From: Nitrospira sp.
GTDB taxonomy: Bacteria > Nitrospirota > Nitrospiria > Nitrospirales > UBA8639
Direction of reading: 5' to 3'
Length of the DNA: 49,215 nt
Assembly (NCBI GenBank): GCA_020430245.1
Contig: JAGQKG010000001.1
Coordinates: 1 to 49,215 of the forward strand
Numbering within the stretch: the first letter of the stretch is position 1; each line of letters begins with the position of its first letter. Shown piece by piece: positions 28,327-40,061 of the stretch. Position numbers and translations under genes: made by a program. The notes beneath the pieces are model-generated. The model did not search any database. It had not been told where the DNA came from and saw only the letters and a list, made by a program, of their open reading frames with translations.

Positions 28327-29028
28327 ATGATTCGAATTATACGAGAGGGTTCAGCTAAATATCCCTGGATTCTCAAATTACTTATCCTGGGCATCGCAGT
28401 GACCTTTATCATCGGCATGGGTTGGTATGGGTACGAATCCACTCAAGGTAACGCAGTGGCAACGGTTGGCCCTTATAAGGTCTCCAAAGATGAATATCTT
28501 CGGACGAAACAAGGATATTTCCGCTTCTATCGCGACCAACTCAAACAAGAAGACGTGAAAGAAGAGACCATTAAGCAACTCGCGCTCGAGGGACTGATTA
28601 CCACAAAATCATGGCAATTACTGGCGGATGAAATGAATTTGGCTGTTTCGGCTCAAGAACTCCATGATGCAATTGTAAACCAAAAAGATTTCCAAAAAGA
28701 TGGCACTTTCGATACAGAATATTATCAGCGACTCCTGGCGGCCAACCGGATGAAACCCCATCAATATGAGGAACAACGCCGAAACGAATTGCTGGCGGAA
28801 AAAGCGAGGCTCCTGGTCTCTGAAGCGACGACCCTCACTCCGACAGAAATGAAAGAAGTCAAGGAACTCGCTGACCGACAAACGCTTGATGGGGCCGAGC
28901 TCGACCTCACCGCCTTAGAACAGATTCGCCTTCAATTTCTCATGCAAAAGAAACAACGAGCCATGCAGGCTTTCCAATCCGCTCTTCGAGCCCGTGGGGA
29001 CGTCATAATTCACGAAGAACTGCTGTAA
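28327..29028 (+). CDS. SurA N-terminal domain protein (PpiD-like membrane-anchored chaperone with no recognisable parvulin domain)
   Basis: N-terminal TM helix; VATVG..V; FQKDGTFD.EYYQRLL motif seen in PpiD N-domains. Confidence 0.8.
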   Translation: MIRIIREGSAKYPWILKLLILGIAVTFIIGMGWYGYESTQGNAVATVGPYKVSKDEYLRTKQGYFRFYRDQLKQEDVKEETIKQLALEGLITTKSWQLLADEMNLAVSAQELHDAIVNQKDFQKDGTFDTEYYQRLLAANRMKPHQYEEQRRNELLAEKARLLVSEATTLTPTEMKEVKELADRQTLDGAELDLTALEQIRLQFLMQKKQRAMQAFQSALRARGDVIIHEELL

Positions 29029-29201
29029 GTATAAGTCTCCTGCCTAACTCAGCCAATCTCGTTCCACAATGAGCTGGTCCGGGGAATCTATCCGCAGACA
29101 GCCCTTTTCTCATCATCCGCCATGACACTCATTTGCCATACGTCAGATGGTATCTGCCAAGGAAATCACTTTCGGATTCCTCACTATCTCTGCCAATACC
29201 A

Positions 29202-30224
29202 TTATTCATGAATGAGCATGGCGTCACCATAACTGTAGAACCGATAGCGTTCACGTACCGCATGCGCATACGCCTCCTTGACCTCCCCTAATCCCGCAAA
29301 CGCCGAAACCAACATCAAGAGGGTCGTTTCAGGAAAATGGAAATTAGTCAAGAGCCCATCAATGACCCGAAATTGAAATCCTGGCAGGATAAAAAGGCGA
29401 GTCAGTCCTGAACAAGGTCTAAGTTCGCCGCTCTCATCTAGGGCTGACTCAAGACTTCGTGCCACGGTAGTCCCGACAGCGACAATTCTCCCGCCTCGCT
29501 TTCGTACCTCACAAATTCTTCTCGCTGTATCCTCTGACACCTCGAACCATTCCGGATGCATGACATGACGCTCCACATCCGTCGCCTTGACAGGCTGGAA
29601 GGTTCCAGGTCCAACATGCAGGGTTACCGTGGCCGTCCCGATTCCCTTCTCTGCCAGTTGCGTGATCAATTGAGACGTAAAATGCAATCCGGCGGTTGGC
29701 GCTGCAATAGCCCCATCCACTTTGGCAAATACGGTTTGATAATCCTCTTGATCACCTGAAACTGGTTGGCGTTTCAGATACGGCGGAAGGGGAATTTCTC
29801 CATGAGATAGCAACCATGTCCGGAAGGTACCTGGGCCCAGCCAATGAATTACTGTTCGACCAGTCTCCTTTTCCACAACCTGCGCACGCGCAGATCCCTC
29901 ACATTCCACAATCTGCCCGACACCCACTCTCCCCTGAATGAAGACTTCTGCATGGTCCTCACCCATTTCTTTGACAAACAGCAATTCCACTCGCCCTCCG
30001 CTTGGGACCTTCTTCGCCCGGAGGCGAGCCGGAATGACTTTGGTGTTGTTGACCACAAGTAAATCCCCGGATCGTAATATATTTGGGAGGTCTTTGACTT
30101 GGCGATCGGTGATATCTCCGGTGGATCGGGTCAACACCAACAATCGGGCATGATCGCGCGGATGAACCGGATATTTGGCCACCAGAGTTTGGTCGAAGGG
30201 AAAGTTAAATTGGGAAAGATCCAT
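29202..30224 (-). CDS. queA: S-adenosylmethionine:tRNA ribosyltransferase-isomerase
   Basis: NNTKVIPARL, PLPPY, YQTVFA..GAIAAPTAGLHFT, TLHVGPGTF, AVGTT, TNFH, YRFYSYGDAM. Confidence 0.97.
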   Translation of the reverse strand: MDLSQFNFPFDQTLVAKYPVHPRDHARLLVLTRSTGDITDRQVKDLPNILRSGDLLVVNNTKVIPARLRAKKVPSGGRVELLFVKEMGEDHAEVFIQGRVGVGQIVECEGSARAQVVEKETGRTVIHWLGPGTFRTWLLSHGEIPLPPYLKRQPVSGDQEDYQTVFAKVDGAIAAPTAGLHFTSQLITQLAEKGIGTATVTLHVGPGTFQPVKATDVERHVMHPEWFEVSEDTARRICEVRKRGGRIVAVGTTVARSLESALDESGELRPCSGLTRLFILPGFQFRVIDGLLTNFHFPETTLLMLVSAFAGLGEVKEAYAHAVRERYRFYSYGDAMLIHE

Positions 30225-30251
30225 GACCAGGCAAGGAAGAAGACAACCGGG

Positions 30252-31448
30252 TTAGTCTCCAGTAGTAAGGAGGACGCGGTCAATAGGAAGAATTATCGTG
30301 TGAGGATAATAATGTCGGACAATAGATTGATAGTCATACCCTAATTCGGCCATTTCGCGCATGCCCCACTGACACATCCCCACGGCATGTCCCGCTCCAT
30401 GACCCACCACAACCACTTCCTGCCCCAATGATTCGATAGAAAATTGAGTGCTGAAAATTTTTGAGTATCCGACTATTCGTCGCAAATCTTGCCCTCGCAG
30501 AATAGTTTCTCCACGAGAATGGAGCAAACGCACACGATCAATCCGACCAGATGGGGTAAAGGTATAGGGCGTGAAGGTCGCGATTTTGCCAACCTCATAC
30601 CCCTCTTTCAGCAGTTGTTGCTCAAGGAAGTCGAACGTAAAGGATGTACGCCAATCATATCGTGGGGCCTGTTCATCAAACGGGCAGTCGACACCTTTGA
30701 GATAGGGAAGATCTAATGCCCACACATACAACGCATCCTCAGTGAATCCAGCCGCCGTCGACGAATAGGCCGCAAAGATGGGACGATTTTCATACGTCAC
30801 CACTTGGCCTCTGGTGGCTTCAACGGCCTTCAGCACGGATTCAGCTCGTACGGAATGGCCATGATAGACTTGATCTTGCACACCGGCGACCACATCGAAC
30901 GATTGCATTTGATTTTCAACTTTCTTGTACAACACATAGGTTCTGGCAGCAACGGCTTGCGCTTTCAAAGCTTCCAAAGGCCACTTGGCCCCAACTTCAC
31001 CCGAGACCACGCCCGCGACATAGGATTCAAGATCTACCCAATTAATCAAGGCTAATCCGGTTGGGTTTAATCGAATTTCAAGCGGGCCGCGAACCACCCA
31101 TTCCGGTCCTGGATGGCTGAGCGTCGCGTTTTCGTTTTTCGTCTCCACTCGGACGTGATAGGTACTTGTGGACCCCTCAACCCACATATTTGTCTCAGCC
31201 ACGGCACGGTCATTCAGAAGAAGACCAGCGCCTTGCCTTCGAATCGTCACTTGACCTGAAGCATGAAATTTTCTTCCGGAAGGCAGAAGGAGGGAAAACG
31301 AATCGGCAGACTGAATGGAAAGTACCTGGGCAGCCTCGGCAAGGCCAACGCGAATAGCCGGCTCATTCGCCCAAATCACCGAAGAATACAATGTCACCCA
31401 ACACACAAGGAGCAGCCCAACACCCAAGCGATATGTCACGCATACCAT
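30252..31448 (-). CDS. SpoIID/LytB domain protein
   Basis: LESYVAGVV..E..WPLEALKAQAVAARTY, DQVY, GAGHAVGMCQWG, HYYP; signal peptide. Confidence 0.9.
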   Translation of the reverse strand: MVCVTYRLGVGLLLVCWVTLYSSVIWANEPAIRVGLAEAAQVLSIQSADSFSLLLPSGRKFHASGQVTIRRQGAGLLLNDRAVAETNMWVEGSTSTYHVRVETKNENATLSHPGPEWVVRGPLEIRLNPTGLALINWVDLESYVAGVVSGEVGAKWPLEALKAQAVAARTYVLYKKVENQMQSFDVVAGVQDQVYHGHSVRAESVLKAVEATRGQVVTYENRPIFAAYSSTAAGFTEDALYVWALDLPYLKGVDCPFDEQAPRYDWRTSFTFDFLEQQLLKEGYEVGKIATFTPYTFTPSGRIDRVRLLHSRGETILRGQDLRRIVGYSKIFSTQFSIESLGQEVVVVGHGAGHAVGMCQWGMREMAELGYDYQSIVRHYYPHTIILPIDRVLLTTGD

Positions 31449-31457
31449 AACTCTTGT

Positions 31458-31697
31458 TTACCGCCTGAAGAATAGATAGAAGATCAGACTTCCGAACACA
31501 CTGAGAATGACACTGGTCGCAAGAGGAAAGTAAAACGTCACATGATCCCGCTTAATGAGTAAATCGCCCGGCAATCGGCCAAGCCAGCCCACACCGCTAT
31601 CAGCATTGGACCATTTCCCCAAGGCCCAAAAGCCTGCCCCTAGCACCAGAAAAATAGCCCCCAACAGCATCAGGGCTTTTCCCACTCCACTCATCAT
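31458..31697 (-). CDS. DUF2905-like small membrane protein
   Basis: GRLPGDL.I....TFYFPLATS motif between two TM helices. Confidence 0.85.
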   Translation of the reverse strand: MMSGVGKALMLLGAIFLVLGAGFWALGKWSNADSGVGWLGRLPGDLLIKRDHVTFYFPLATSVILSVFGSLIFYLFFRR

Positions 31698-31712
31698 GTC
31701 AACTCTCGCGCC

Positions 31713-32726
31713 TTACCGAATAAGTTCCTCCGCGATTTGTACGGCGTTGAGCGCGGCACCTTTTCGCAAATTATCCGCCACGATCCACAGATTCAACCCA
31801 TTGGGCACCGATTCATCTTCCCTCACTCGGCCCACATATACGGCATCGGTCCCCACCACGTCGATCGGCAAAGGATACAAATTACGGTTGGGATCATCGT
31901 AGACCTGAATGCCCGGAGCGGCAGACAGTATGGCTCGTGCGTCATTGGCGCTCAGCTTTTGCTCAGTTTCAATATTCACGGATTCCGCATGGCAGATAAA
32001 GACCGGGACTCTGACCGTCGTCGCCGTAATCGGCAAAGACGATTCACCCAGAATTTTCCGGGTTTCGTTGACCATTTTCATCTCTTCTTTGGTATACCCA
32101 TTCGGCAAAAAATCATCAATATGGGGCAAACAATTGAAGGCAATCTGATGGGGATAGACCGACACTTTGGCTTCTCCAAAACTGAGTATTTGACGGGACT
32201 GATCAACTAATTCTTCCATTGCATCCTTACCGGTTCCAGACACGGATTGAAACGTCGTGACAATAATCCGTTTGATTCGGACTGCATCATGCAGCGGCTT
32301 CAAAGCCACGACCATTTGAATAGTGGAACAGTTGGGATTGGCAATCAGCCCCTGCTGTCCCGAAAGAGCATGAACATTTACCTCAGGCACCACCAGTGGG
32401 ACCTTGGGGTCCATCCTCCATGCGGAACTATTGTCTACCACCACGGCCCCATTCTTGACAGCTATCGGACCGAATTCTTTACTGACGCCGGCTCCCGCCG
32501 AAAACAAGGCCACATCCACACCCTCGAACGAGTTGTGTTCCAGCACTCTGACGGGAAGTGTCTGACCGCGAAACATCACCTCATTGCCTTCGGAACGGAC
32601 GGAGGCCAACGGCACTAATTCCCCGACAGGAAAATTCCGTTCTTCCAGTACCTGGATCATTTCCGTTCCAACGGCACCGGTTGCTCCCACCACCGCGACC
32701 GTATAGGCTGATTTTTTCTTTATCAT
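31713..32726 (-). CDS. asd: Aspartate-semialdehyde dehydrogenase
   Basis: VVGATGAVG, IANPNCSTIQ, SVSGTG, DNLRKGAALNAVQI. Confidence 0.97.
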   Translation of the reverse strand: MIKKKSAYTVAVVGATGAVGTEMIQVLEERNFPVGELVPLASVRSEGNEVMFRGQTLPVRVLEHNSFEGVDVALFSAGAGVSKEFGPIAVKNGAVVVDNSSAWRMDPKVPLVVPEVNVHALSGQQGLIANPNCSTIQMVVALKPLHDAVRIKRIIVTTFQSVSGTGKDAMEELVDQSRQILSFGEAKVSVYPHQIAFNCLPHIDDFLPNGYTKEEMKMVNETRKILGESSLPITATTVRVPVFICHAESVNIETEQKLSANDARAILSAAPGIQVYDDPNRNLYPLPIDVVGTDAVYVGRVREDESVPNGLNLWIVADNLRKGAALNAVQIAEELIR

Positions 32727-32900
32727 TTCACGCTCTCTCCCTCAAGAAAATCACGGACAGCATTCAGTATTACACACATCCTATCAGTTCAAAATCCTTG
32801 ACTCAAAAATGACGGAAGGGAAACCCATAACAGGAGAGACTTCAAGCCAATACCTGAGGCCGAAGACCCTGGAACCCCGTGATGGCTGCCAGAACTCTTC

Positions 32901-34115
32901 TTAGACAGGAATATAGCGGATGCGGTGATTAAAGGTATCGGCTATCGCAATATTGCCGAAAGCGTCAACAGCCACACCAAACGGAAAACTGAGACTACTA
33001 TCAAGAGACGGACCTCCATCACCAGCCCATGTCGATTGGCCATTGCCGGCGACCAGGGTCATTTCCTTATTTACTGCATCCCACTTCCGAATTAAGTGAT
33101 GATCGGAATCCGTGATAAGTATATGCCCATGTGGAGTTATCGCGATGCCATAAGGCCTGGCCAAAGCCTGAGACTCTTCATTAACCCCATGCTCATAACG
33201 AAACTCTGCGCCATCTCCTGCCACAGTGGACAAAAGTCCCGTGCTGTGATCAAGCATCCGGATACGGCCATTAAACGTGTCGGCGATATAAAGATTTCCA
33301 TTGCGATCAAGTGCCAACCCGCTCGGTCCCGCAAGCGCAGACTCTATTGCAGGCAGGCCATCCCCCGTGTATCCGGACTCTCCGGTTCCCGCAATAGTTG
33401 TGATCACACCCGATTCCAAATCCAGCATTCGGATACAATTATTGCTCTGGTCGGCAATATAGAGTTGAGCACCATCCACGACTAACGCCACCGGTTCATT
33501 CAACGAAGCGGAAACTCCGGGACCACCATCCCCCGTCCACTTCGACTGACCGGTCCCGGCCACGGTCTGGATTATCCCCGTTTTGGAATCTACCCGCCGA
33601 ATGCGGTGGTTCCACGTGTCGGCAATAAAGAGAGTGCCTGCCGCATCAACGGCGACGGCAGAGGGAAAGTTTAATTGCGCGCTCGTGGCCAAGGCTCCAT
33701 CTCCCGCAAATCGATCTTTGCGCATCCCCTGCCCGACAATGTAGCGAACCGTTCCACTCAGATCAGGCGCTTGAGAGTAGGCCTGTCCCGGGAGCTCATC
33801 AATATCCGCAAGAGGATCCATCTCTTCTTCTATATGAGAAGTTGGAGATGGATTCAGGACCTGTGGATTTTCCCCACCGACGCGACCCATGACCACACAC
33901 CCGGCTACCGTTTCGATGACACCAGTGGAATGTCGCAAACGGCGAATGACATGATTTTCAGAATCCGCAATCAGGAGATTGCCTTCAGCGTCAAAGCACA
34001 CATTCTTCGGTTCATTCAGAACCGCTTGAGTCCCGAGCTGTCCGTCGCCCTCATACCCAGGCTCCCCCATTCCCGCGATCGTGAGAATCTGCCCACTCTG
34101 TCCTTGCCCCATCAT
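32901..34115 (-). CDS. NHL-repeat beta-propeller protein
   Basis: Repeated GDGG.A..A.L..P.G(V/L)A.D..G.L.IAD..N.RIR units; no signal peptide. Confidence 0.88.
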   Translation of the reverse strand: MMGQGQSGQILTIAGMGEPGYEGDGQLGTQAVLNEPKNVCFDAEGNLLIADSENHVIRRLRHSTGVIETVAGCVVMGRVGGENPQVLNPSPTSHIEEEMDPLADIDELPGQAYSQAPDLSGTVRYIVGQGMRKDRFAGDGALATSAQLNFPSAVAVDAAGTLFIADTWNHRIRRVDSKTGIIQTVAGTGQSKWTGDGGPGVSASLNEPVALVVDGAQLYIADQSNNCIRMLDLESGVITTIAGTGESGYTGDGLPAIESALAGPSGLALDRNGNLYIADTFNGRIRMLDHSTGLLSTVAGDGAEFRYEHGVNEESQALARPYGIAITPHGHILITDSDHHLIRKWDAVNKEMTLVAGNGQSTWAGDGGPSLDSSLSFPFGVAVDAFGNIAIADTFNHRIRYIPV

Positions 34116-34122
34116 TGTGTTA

Positions 34123-35193
34123 TTATCCTAAATGCTTCACGATGTGATCACCCATTTCGGCGGTTCCAACCAGCGTCCTCCCCTGACTCTCAATATCTTT
34201 CGTGCGATATCCCTGCTCAAGAGTTTTTTGAATGGCCGATTCAATCATCTCGACTTCTTTCGTCAACCCGAACGAATAAGTCAACATCATAGCTGCGGAA
34301 GCAATGGTCCCAATAGGATTGGCGATGTTTTTCCCGGCAATATCCGGAGCGCTCCCATGGATAGGCTCAAACATCCCCACTGTCGCTCCCACGCTGGCAG
34401 AAGGGAGCATGCCTATCGACCCAGTCAGCATCGCCGCTTCATCACTCAAAATATCCCCAAACAAATTGGTGGTCACAACCACGTCGAATTGCTTGGGATG
34501 GCGAACAAGTTGCATGGCACAGTTGTCTACATACATATGACGTAATTCCACATCTTGAAAGTCCTGATGCACGTGAATCACTTCTCGCCGCCAGAGTTCG
34601 GACGATTCCAACACATTAGCCTTATCGATTGAGTGAACCAGGCCACGCCGCTTCCGAGCTGCCTGAAAAGCCACATCAGCAATCCGTCGGATTTCCTCCG
34701 TCGTGTAGACTTCGGTATTGAATCCTCGATGTCCCGTCGCCGTTTGTTCAATGCCTTTCGGTTTGCCAAAGTAAATCCCCCCGGTCAATTCACGGACAAC
34801 CAGGATATCAATGCCCTCCACGACTTCAGCCTTCAGGCTGGACGACCCGACCAAGGCCGAATACATTTTTGCCGGTCGGAGGTTGGCAAAAAGCCCAAGT
34901 TGCTCCCGCAACCCGAGCAAGGCGCGTTCGGGGCGCCGCTCATATTCAAGGCCCTCCCACTTCGGTCCGCCAACAGCCCCCAAGAGGACGGCATCACTCG
35001 ATTGAACCAATTCCAGAGTTTCGGCCGGCAATGGAACACCTGTCGCATCAATCGCCTCACCACCAACCTTCCCATACGTAAAGGTAAATTGATGCCCACA
35101 TTTCTGACCAATGGCCTCCAGAACCCGAATCGCTTGTGGCATAATTTCAGGCCCGATTCCATCACCCGGTAATACGGCAATCCGTTTCTTCAT
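34123..35193 (-). CDS. leuB: 3-isopropylmalate dehydrogenase
   Basis: [49 protein letters not shown]. Confidence 0.97.
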   Translation of the reverse strand: MKKRIAVLPGDGIGPEIMPQAIRVLEAIGQKCGHQFTFTYGKVGGEAIDATGVPLPAETLELVQSSDAVLLGAVGGPKWEGLEYERRPERALLGLREQLGLFANLRPAKMYSALVGSSSLKAEVVEGIDILVVRELTGGIYFGKPKGIEQTATGHRGFNTEVYTTEEIRRIADVAFQAARKRRGLVHSIDKANVLESSELWRREVIHVHQDFQDVELRHMYVDNCAMQLVRHPKQFDVVVTTNLFGDILSDEAAMLTGSIGMLPSASVGATVGMFEPIHGSAPDIAGKNIANPIGTIASAAMMLTYSFGLTKEVEMIESAIQKTLEQGYRTKDIESQGRTLVGTAEMGDHIVKHLG

Positions 35194-35335
35194 AATTCCC
35201 CCAACAACAATATGATGAACCCCTTGGCTTTGCTAGCGATAACCACGTACTCTAAACCGCCTTACAGAAACAACATGCCCATGAAAAAAGGCAGGAAACA
35301 GGTACTCAATGTAATGGGTGCAAGAAAACGGTTTT

Positions 35336-36883
35336 TTAACACAACCCGATTTTTTGTTCGGCCCTGGCATTTCGTTCCGCCAAATCCGCCAATTTATTGA
35401 GCGCATTGAGGTAGGCCTGCGCGGAAGCAAGAATAATATCCGTATCTGATCCATGACCGGTAACGGTTTCACTATTTTCCTCGACGCGGACGGACACTTC
35501 TCCCTGCGCATCGGTACCGCCCGTAATAGCTTTGACGATATAGGCACGAAGAAGACTTTTCGTTTCAGTCATGGCCGCAATGGTCCGATACACCGCATCC
35601 ACCGGCCCATCTCCCGTGCCGGTCAGTTTCGCGATACGTCCCTCCATCATCAATTCCACCATCGCCGTAGGGCGTCGCTCCAACCCGCTTTCCACATGCA
35701 ACCCCCTTAAGGCATAGCGTTCAGGAACCTTGGTAATCGCCTTATTGACGATTGTCTCCAAATCCTCTTCAAATAATTCCTTCTTTTGATCCGCCAGACG
35801 CTTAAAGCGTTCAAAGGCCTCTTGCAATTCCTGATCAGAAAGACTGTACCCCAGGTTCAACAGTTCCTCACGAAAGGCATGTCGACCAGACAGTTTGCCC
35901 ATCACCAAACGACTTTGGGTTAATCCCACGGATTCCGGTCGCATGATCTCATAGGTACTCTTGTCCTTGAGCAACCCATCCTGATGAATGCCTGAGGTAT
36001 GCGCAAAGGCATTGGCACCCACAATCGCTTTATTGGGTTGCACCACCATTCCGGTAATATTGCTGACCAACCGACTGGTTTTGGAAATTTCCTCCGTGCG
36101 AATTTTGGTATCGGACTGGTAAAAATCAGTACGCGTACGGAGTCCCATCGCGATTTCTTCTAAGGAGGCATTGCCGGCTCGTTCACCAATCCCGTTGATC
36201 GTGCATTCCACCTGCCCTGCTCCAGCGTAAATAGCAGCCATGGAATTTGCGACAGCCAATCCTAAGTCATTGTGGCAATGGACAGAAATTATGGCCGTCT
36301 CCATTCCCCGGACACGATCTCTCAATGTCCGAATAATACGCCCAAACTCCTCGGGAGTCGTATACCCCACCGTATCAGGAATGTTCACCGTTCCGGCTCC
36401 AGCTTCCACAACGGCTTCCACCACTTCACAGAGATAGGTCAAATCGGAACGGGTGGCGTCCATGGGAGAATATTCCACATCCTCAACATAACCACGCGCA
36501 TGGCGAACCATGTCCACTGCCCTTTTAAGAGCTTCATCCCTGGTCATTCGAAATTGATGTTTCAGGTGGATATCCGAAGAAGACAAAAACGTATGGATCC
36601 GGCATTTGGGTGCGCCTTTGAGTGCCTCCCAAGCCCGGTCAATATCTTCAGACTTTGCACGGGCCAAACTGCATATGACCGGACCTTCCACTTCCCGGGC
36701 AATACGATGAATCGCTTCAAAATCACCAGGAGAACTAAACGCGAAACCGGCTTCGATAATATCCACATTCAACCGGGCTAATTGCTTCGCCACAAGGATT
36801 TTTTCTTCGATGTTCATGCTTGCGCCAGGAGACTGCTCCCCATCCCGCAAGGTGGTATCAAAAATTCGGATCATCCGCGTCAT
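35336..36883 (-). CDS. leuA: 2-isopropylmalate synthase
   Basis: FDTTLRDGEQSPG, HCHNDLG, GIGERAGN, GIHQDG, regulatory domain GDGPVDA. Confidence 0.96.
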   Translation of the reverse strand: MTRMIRIFDTTLRDGEQSPGASMNIEEKILVAKQLARLNVDIIEAGFAFSSPGDFEAIHRIAREVEGPVICSLARAKSEDIDRAWEALKGAPKCRIHTFLSSSDIHLKHQFRMTRDEALKRAVDMVRHARGYVEDVEYSPMDATRSDLTYLCEVVEAVVEAGAGTVNIPDTVGYTTPEEFGRIIRTLRDRVRGMETAIISVHCHNDLGLAVANSMAAIYAGAGQVECTINGIGERAGNASLEEIAMGLRTRTDFYQSDTKIRTEEISKTSRLVSNITGMVVQPNKAIVGANAFAHTSGIHQDGLLKDKSTYEIMRPESVGLTQSRLVMGKLSGRHAFREELLNLGYSLSDQELQEAFERFKRLADQKKELFEEDLETIVNKAITKVPERYALRGLHVESGLERRPTAMVELMMEGRIAKLTGTGDGPVDAVYRTIAAMTETKSLLRAYIVKAITGGTDAQGEVSVRVEENSETVTGHGSDTDIILASAQAYLNALNKLADLAERNARAEQKIGLC

Positions 36884-36941
36884 GGCTCATTACCCCCACA
36901 TTTGGCCTTCATCCAATGTTCCTTCTCCCCTGCATGGCGGT

Positions 36942-37712
36942 TCATTTGTGGAGTCCATCCGGTCTAACTTCTTCAACCGGCTTTTTCCCCATCATAGCTG
37001 CCCCAAGCCTCCATCCTTGCTCCAATACACCCGAAAGCGCATAGGCAGCAAACACGACAAAAAGCATCGCCTGTGGATACGCTAAGACCGCCATGAGAAT
37101 GAGGACGGCATATACCAAATAATTAAAGTGGTGGTGTTCCTGAGTTTTTAATTCTTTCAAACTACGATAACGAAACGTACTCACCATGAGAAACGCCAGC
37201 ACCAAGGTCAGGACGATACCAAGAATAGGCTTCACCTTCTCTCCTAACGGCGCAACATGTTGCTCGAAAATCACCAACGTGGCCATCACACCCGCTGCAC
37301 CAGGAATCGGAAGACCGGTAAAGGGCTTGCCATCTCCCCCTGTCGTCGCCAAAACGTTGTGCCTGGCCAATCGCAGGGCACCGCACGCGACAAAGGCAAA
37401 CATCACCGCAGCGCCCAACATCTTGGGAGTACTGAGCGCCCACGAATACATCAGCAAGCCCGGAGCCACTCCGAAAGCCACGACATCTGCCAACGAATCA
37501 TATTGCAACCCGAAGTCACTCGTACTTTTCATCAGACGGGCCGACGTCCCATCCAATACGTCAAAAACAATCGCCACAAGAATCGCAATGGCCGCAGACC
37601 CAAAATCGCCTCCAAAGACAAACAAGATAGAGGCCAGGCCACTAAAGAGATTTCCCGTGGTCAGGAGATTGGGAATTAAATAGACCACCCTTCTTTTTTT
37701 AGGCTGTTTCAT
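36942..37712 (-). CDS. pssA: CDP-diacylglycerol--serine O-phosphatidyltransferase
   Basis: IPNLLT, DVLDG..AR....SDFG..YDSLAD (CDP-alcohol phosphotransferase motif), LRLAR, FTGLPIP; ATGA overlap with psd. Confidence 0.93.
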   Translation of the reverse strand: MKQPKKRRVVYLIPNLLTTGNLFSGLASILFVFGGDFGSAAIAILVAIVFDVLDGTSARLMKSTSDFGLQYDSLADVVAFGVAPGLLMYSWALSTPKMLGAAVMFAFVACGALRLARHNVLATTGGDGKPFTGLPIPGAAGVMATLVIFEQHVAPLGEKVKPILGIVLTLVLAFLMVSTFRYRSLKELKTQEHHHFNYLVYAVLILMAVLAYPQAMLFVVFAAYALSGVLEQGWRLGAAMMGKKPVEEVRPDGLHK

Positions 37713-38374
37713 GAAGGCTCCACGCATAGCAACTCCGCCACGATGGACGATCCTCCCTTTACTTTTTCGCCAACCTTGACTTGAATGGCACTATCGTGAG
37801 GAAGATACAAATCCATTCGAGATCCAAACCGAATAAGTCCAAACCGTTCGCCTGCCTCAACCTGTTCACCGGGGGTGACCCAACAGACAATTCGTCTGGC
37901 AATTAACCCGGCAATTTGGACACACAGTATTTTTTTCCCATCGGAACGCCTGAGCATGAGCGCATTTTGCTCATTTTCCGCTGAAGCCTCCGGACGACTG
38001 GCTACTAAAAACTTCCCGGGAGCATAGACGACATCCTGTAGCACTCCTGCAGCCGGCATCCGGTTAATATGGACATTGAATACATTTAAAAAAATGCTGA
38101 TTCTGATACTGGGTTCTTTGAGGAATCGGTGCTCGAATTCCTCTTCCACCGCTACGACCGTCCCATCCCCTGGAGACACAATGAGGTTTTTCCCCTGAGG
38201 AATCGTTCTGAGCGGGTTTCTAAAAAACCAGGCAGTAAATAGGGTTAACGATCCCATCAGGCAAGTGAGCCAAACCGATCCGGCCATCCAACACCCAAGC
38301 GTCAGAAACCCTCCCCCTGCGATAAAGGGGAGGCCTTCTTTGGCAACAGGAATTCCTTTTGCCTGATCAGCCAT
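37709..38374 (-). CDS. psd: Phosphatidylserine decarboxylase proenzyme
   Basis: WFFRNP, SIFLNVFNVHINR, QIAGLIARRI, GLIRFGSR.D autocleavage motif. Confidence 0.95.
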   Translation of the reverse strand: MADQAKGIPVAKEGLPFIAGGGFLTLGCWMAGSVWLTCLMGSLTLFTAWFFRNPLRTIPQGKNLIVSPGDGTVVAVEEEFEHRFLKEPSIRISIFLNVFNVHINRMPAAGVLQDVVYAPGKFLVASRPEASAENEQNALMLRRSDGKKILCVQIAGLIARRIVCWVTPGEQVEAGERFGLIRFGSRMDLYLPHDSAIQVKVGEKVKGGSSIVAELLCVEPS

Positions 38375-38407
38375 TGGGAATGGGTCTCACGTCCCGCAAC
38401 CTTCTCA

Positions 38408-39451
<1,044 letters not shown>

Positions 39452-39517
39452 TTAGTCGTTCCGTCGATCAGGGTGGACGGATCCCCTCAGTCTAAAGGCA
39501 GATGTCGGTTGGCCTGA

Positions 39518-40039
39518 TTAATTCGCTTTCGCAAGCGGTCGGGATTGGGTTTGTGTCGAGCGTGTCGGTTCGCGCCCAATGGCAATCCTGCCGGTTCGTA
39601 CCAGCTCTTTGATGCCAAGTGGCTGCAGGAGATTGATGATCGCCTGGACTTTCCTCACATCTCCAGTGACTTCAATGGTGTAGCTGGTAGGAGAGGAATC
39701 CAGAACATTAGCTCGAAAAATATCCGCAATGCGAAGAGCTTCCGCTCGATCCTCTGGCCGGGTATGAACCTTAATTAGCGCGGTCTCTCGTTCAACAAAC
39801 TCGCTTTCGCTAATGTCAACGACTTTAATCACATCAATAAGTTTGTTCAACTGTTTCAAGATTTGTTCGATAATCGGATCATCCCCCTTGGTGACCAGGG
39901 TCATCATAGATACAGAGGGATCCAGGGTCGGGGCAACTGACAAACTTTCTATATTAAAACCCCGTCCGCTAAAGAGACCGGCTACTCGGGACAAAGATCC
40001 GAATTTATTCTCTACCGTCAACGAAATAATGTGTTCCAT
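39518..40039 (-). CDS. ilvN: Acetolactate synthase small subunit
   Basis: ACT domain VENKFG.LSRVAGLFSGRGFNIESL, KQLNKLIDVIKV, ELVRTG. Confidence 0.95.
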   Translation of the reverse strand: MEHIISLTVENKFGSLSRVAGLFSGRGFNIESLSVAPTLDPSVSMMTLVTKGDDPIIEQILKQLNKLIDVIKVVDISESEFVERETALIKVHTRPEDRAEALRIADIFRANVLDSSPTSYTIEVTGDVRKVQAIINLLQPLGIKELVRTGRIAIGREPTRSTQTQSRPLAKAN

Positions 40040-40061
40040 AACACCCTTTTATGGTTGTACT

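Noticed and set aside
33675-37683. Long plus-strand ORFs (for example 33675-34292, 34633-35172, 36272-36781, 37186-37683)
   Set aside because: They are antisense to well-supported housekeeping genes and have no recognisable motifs.
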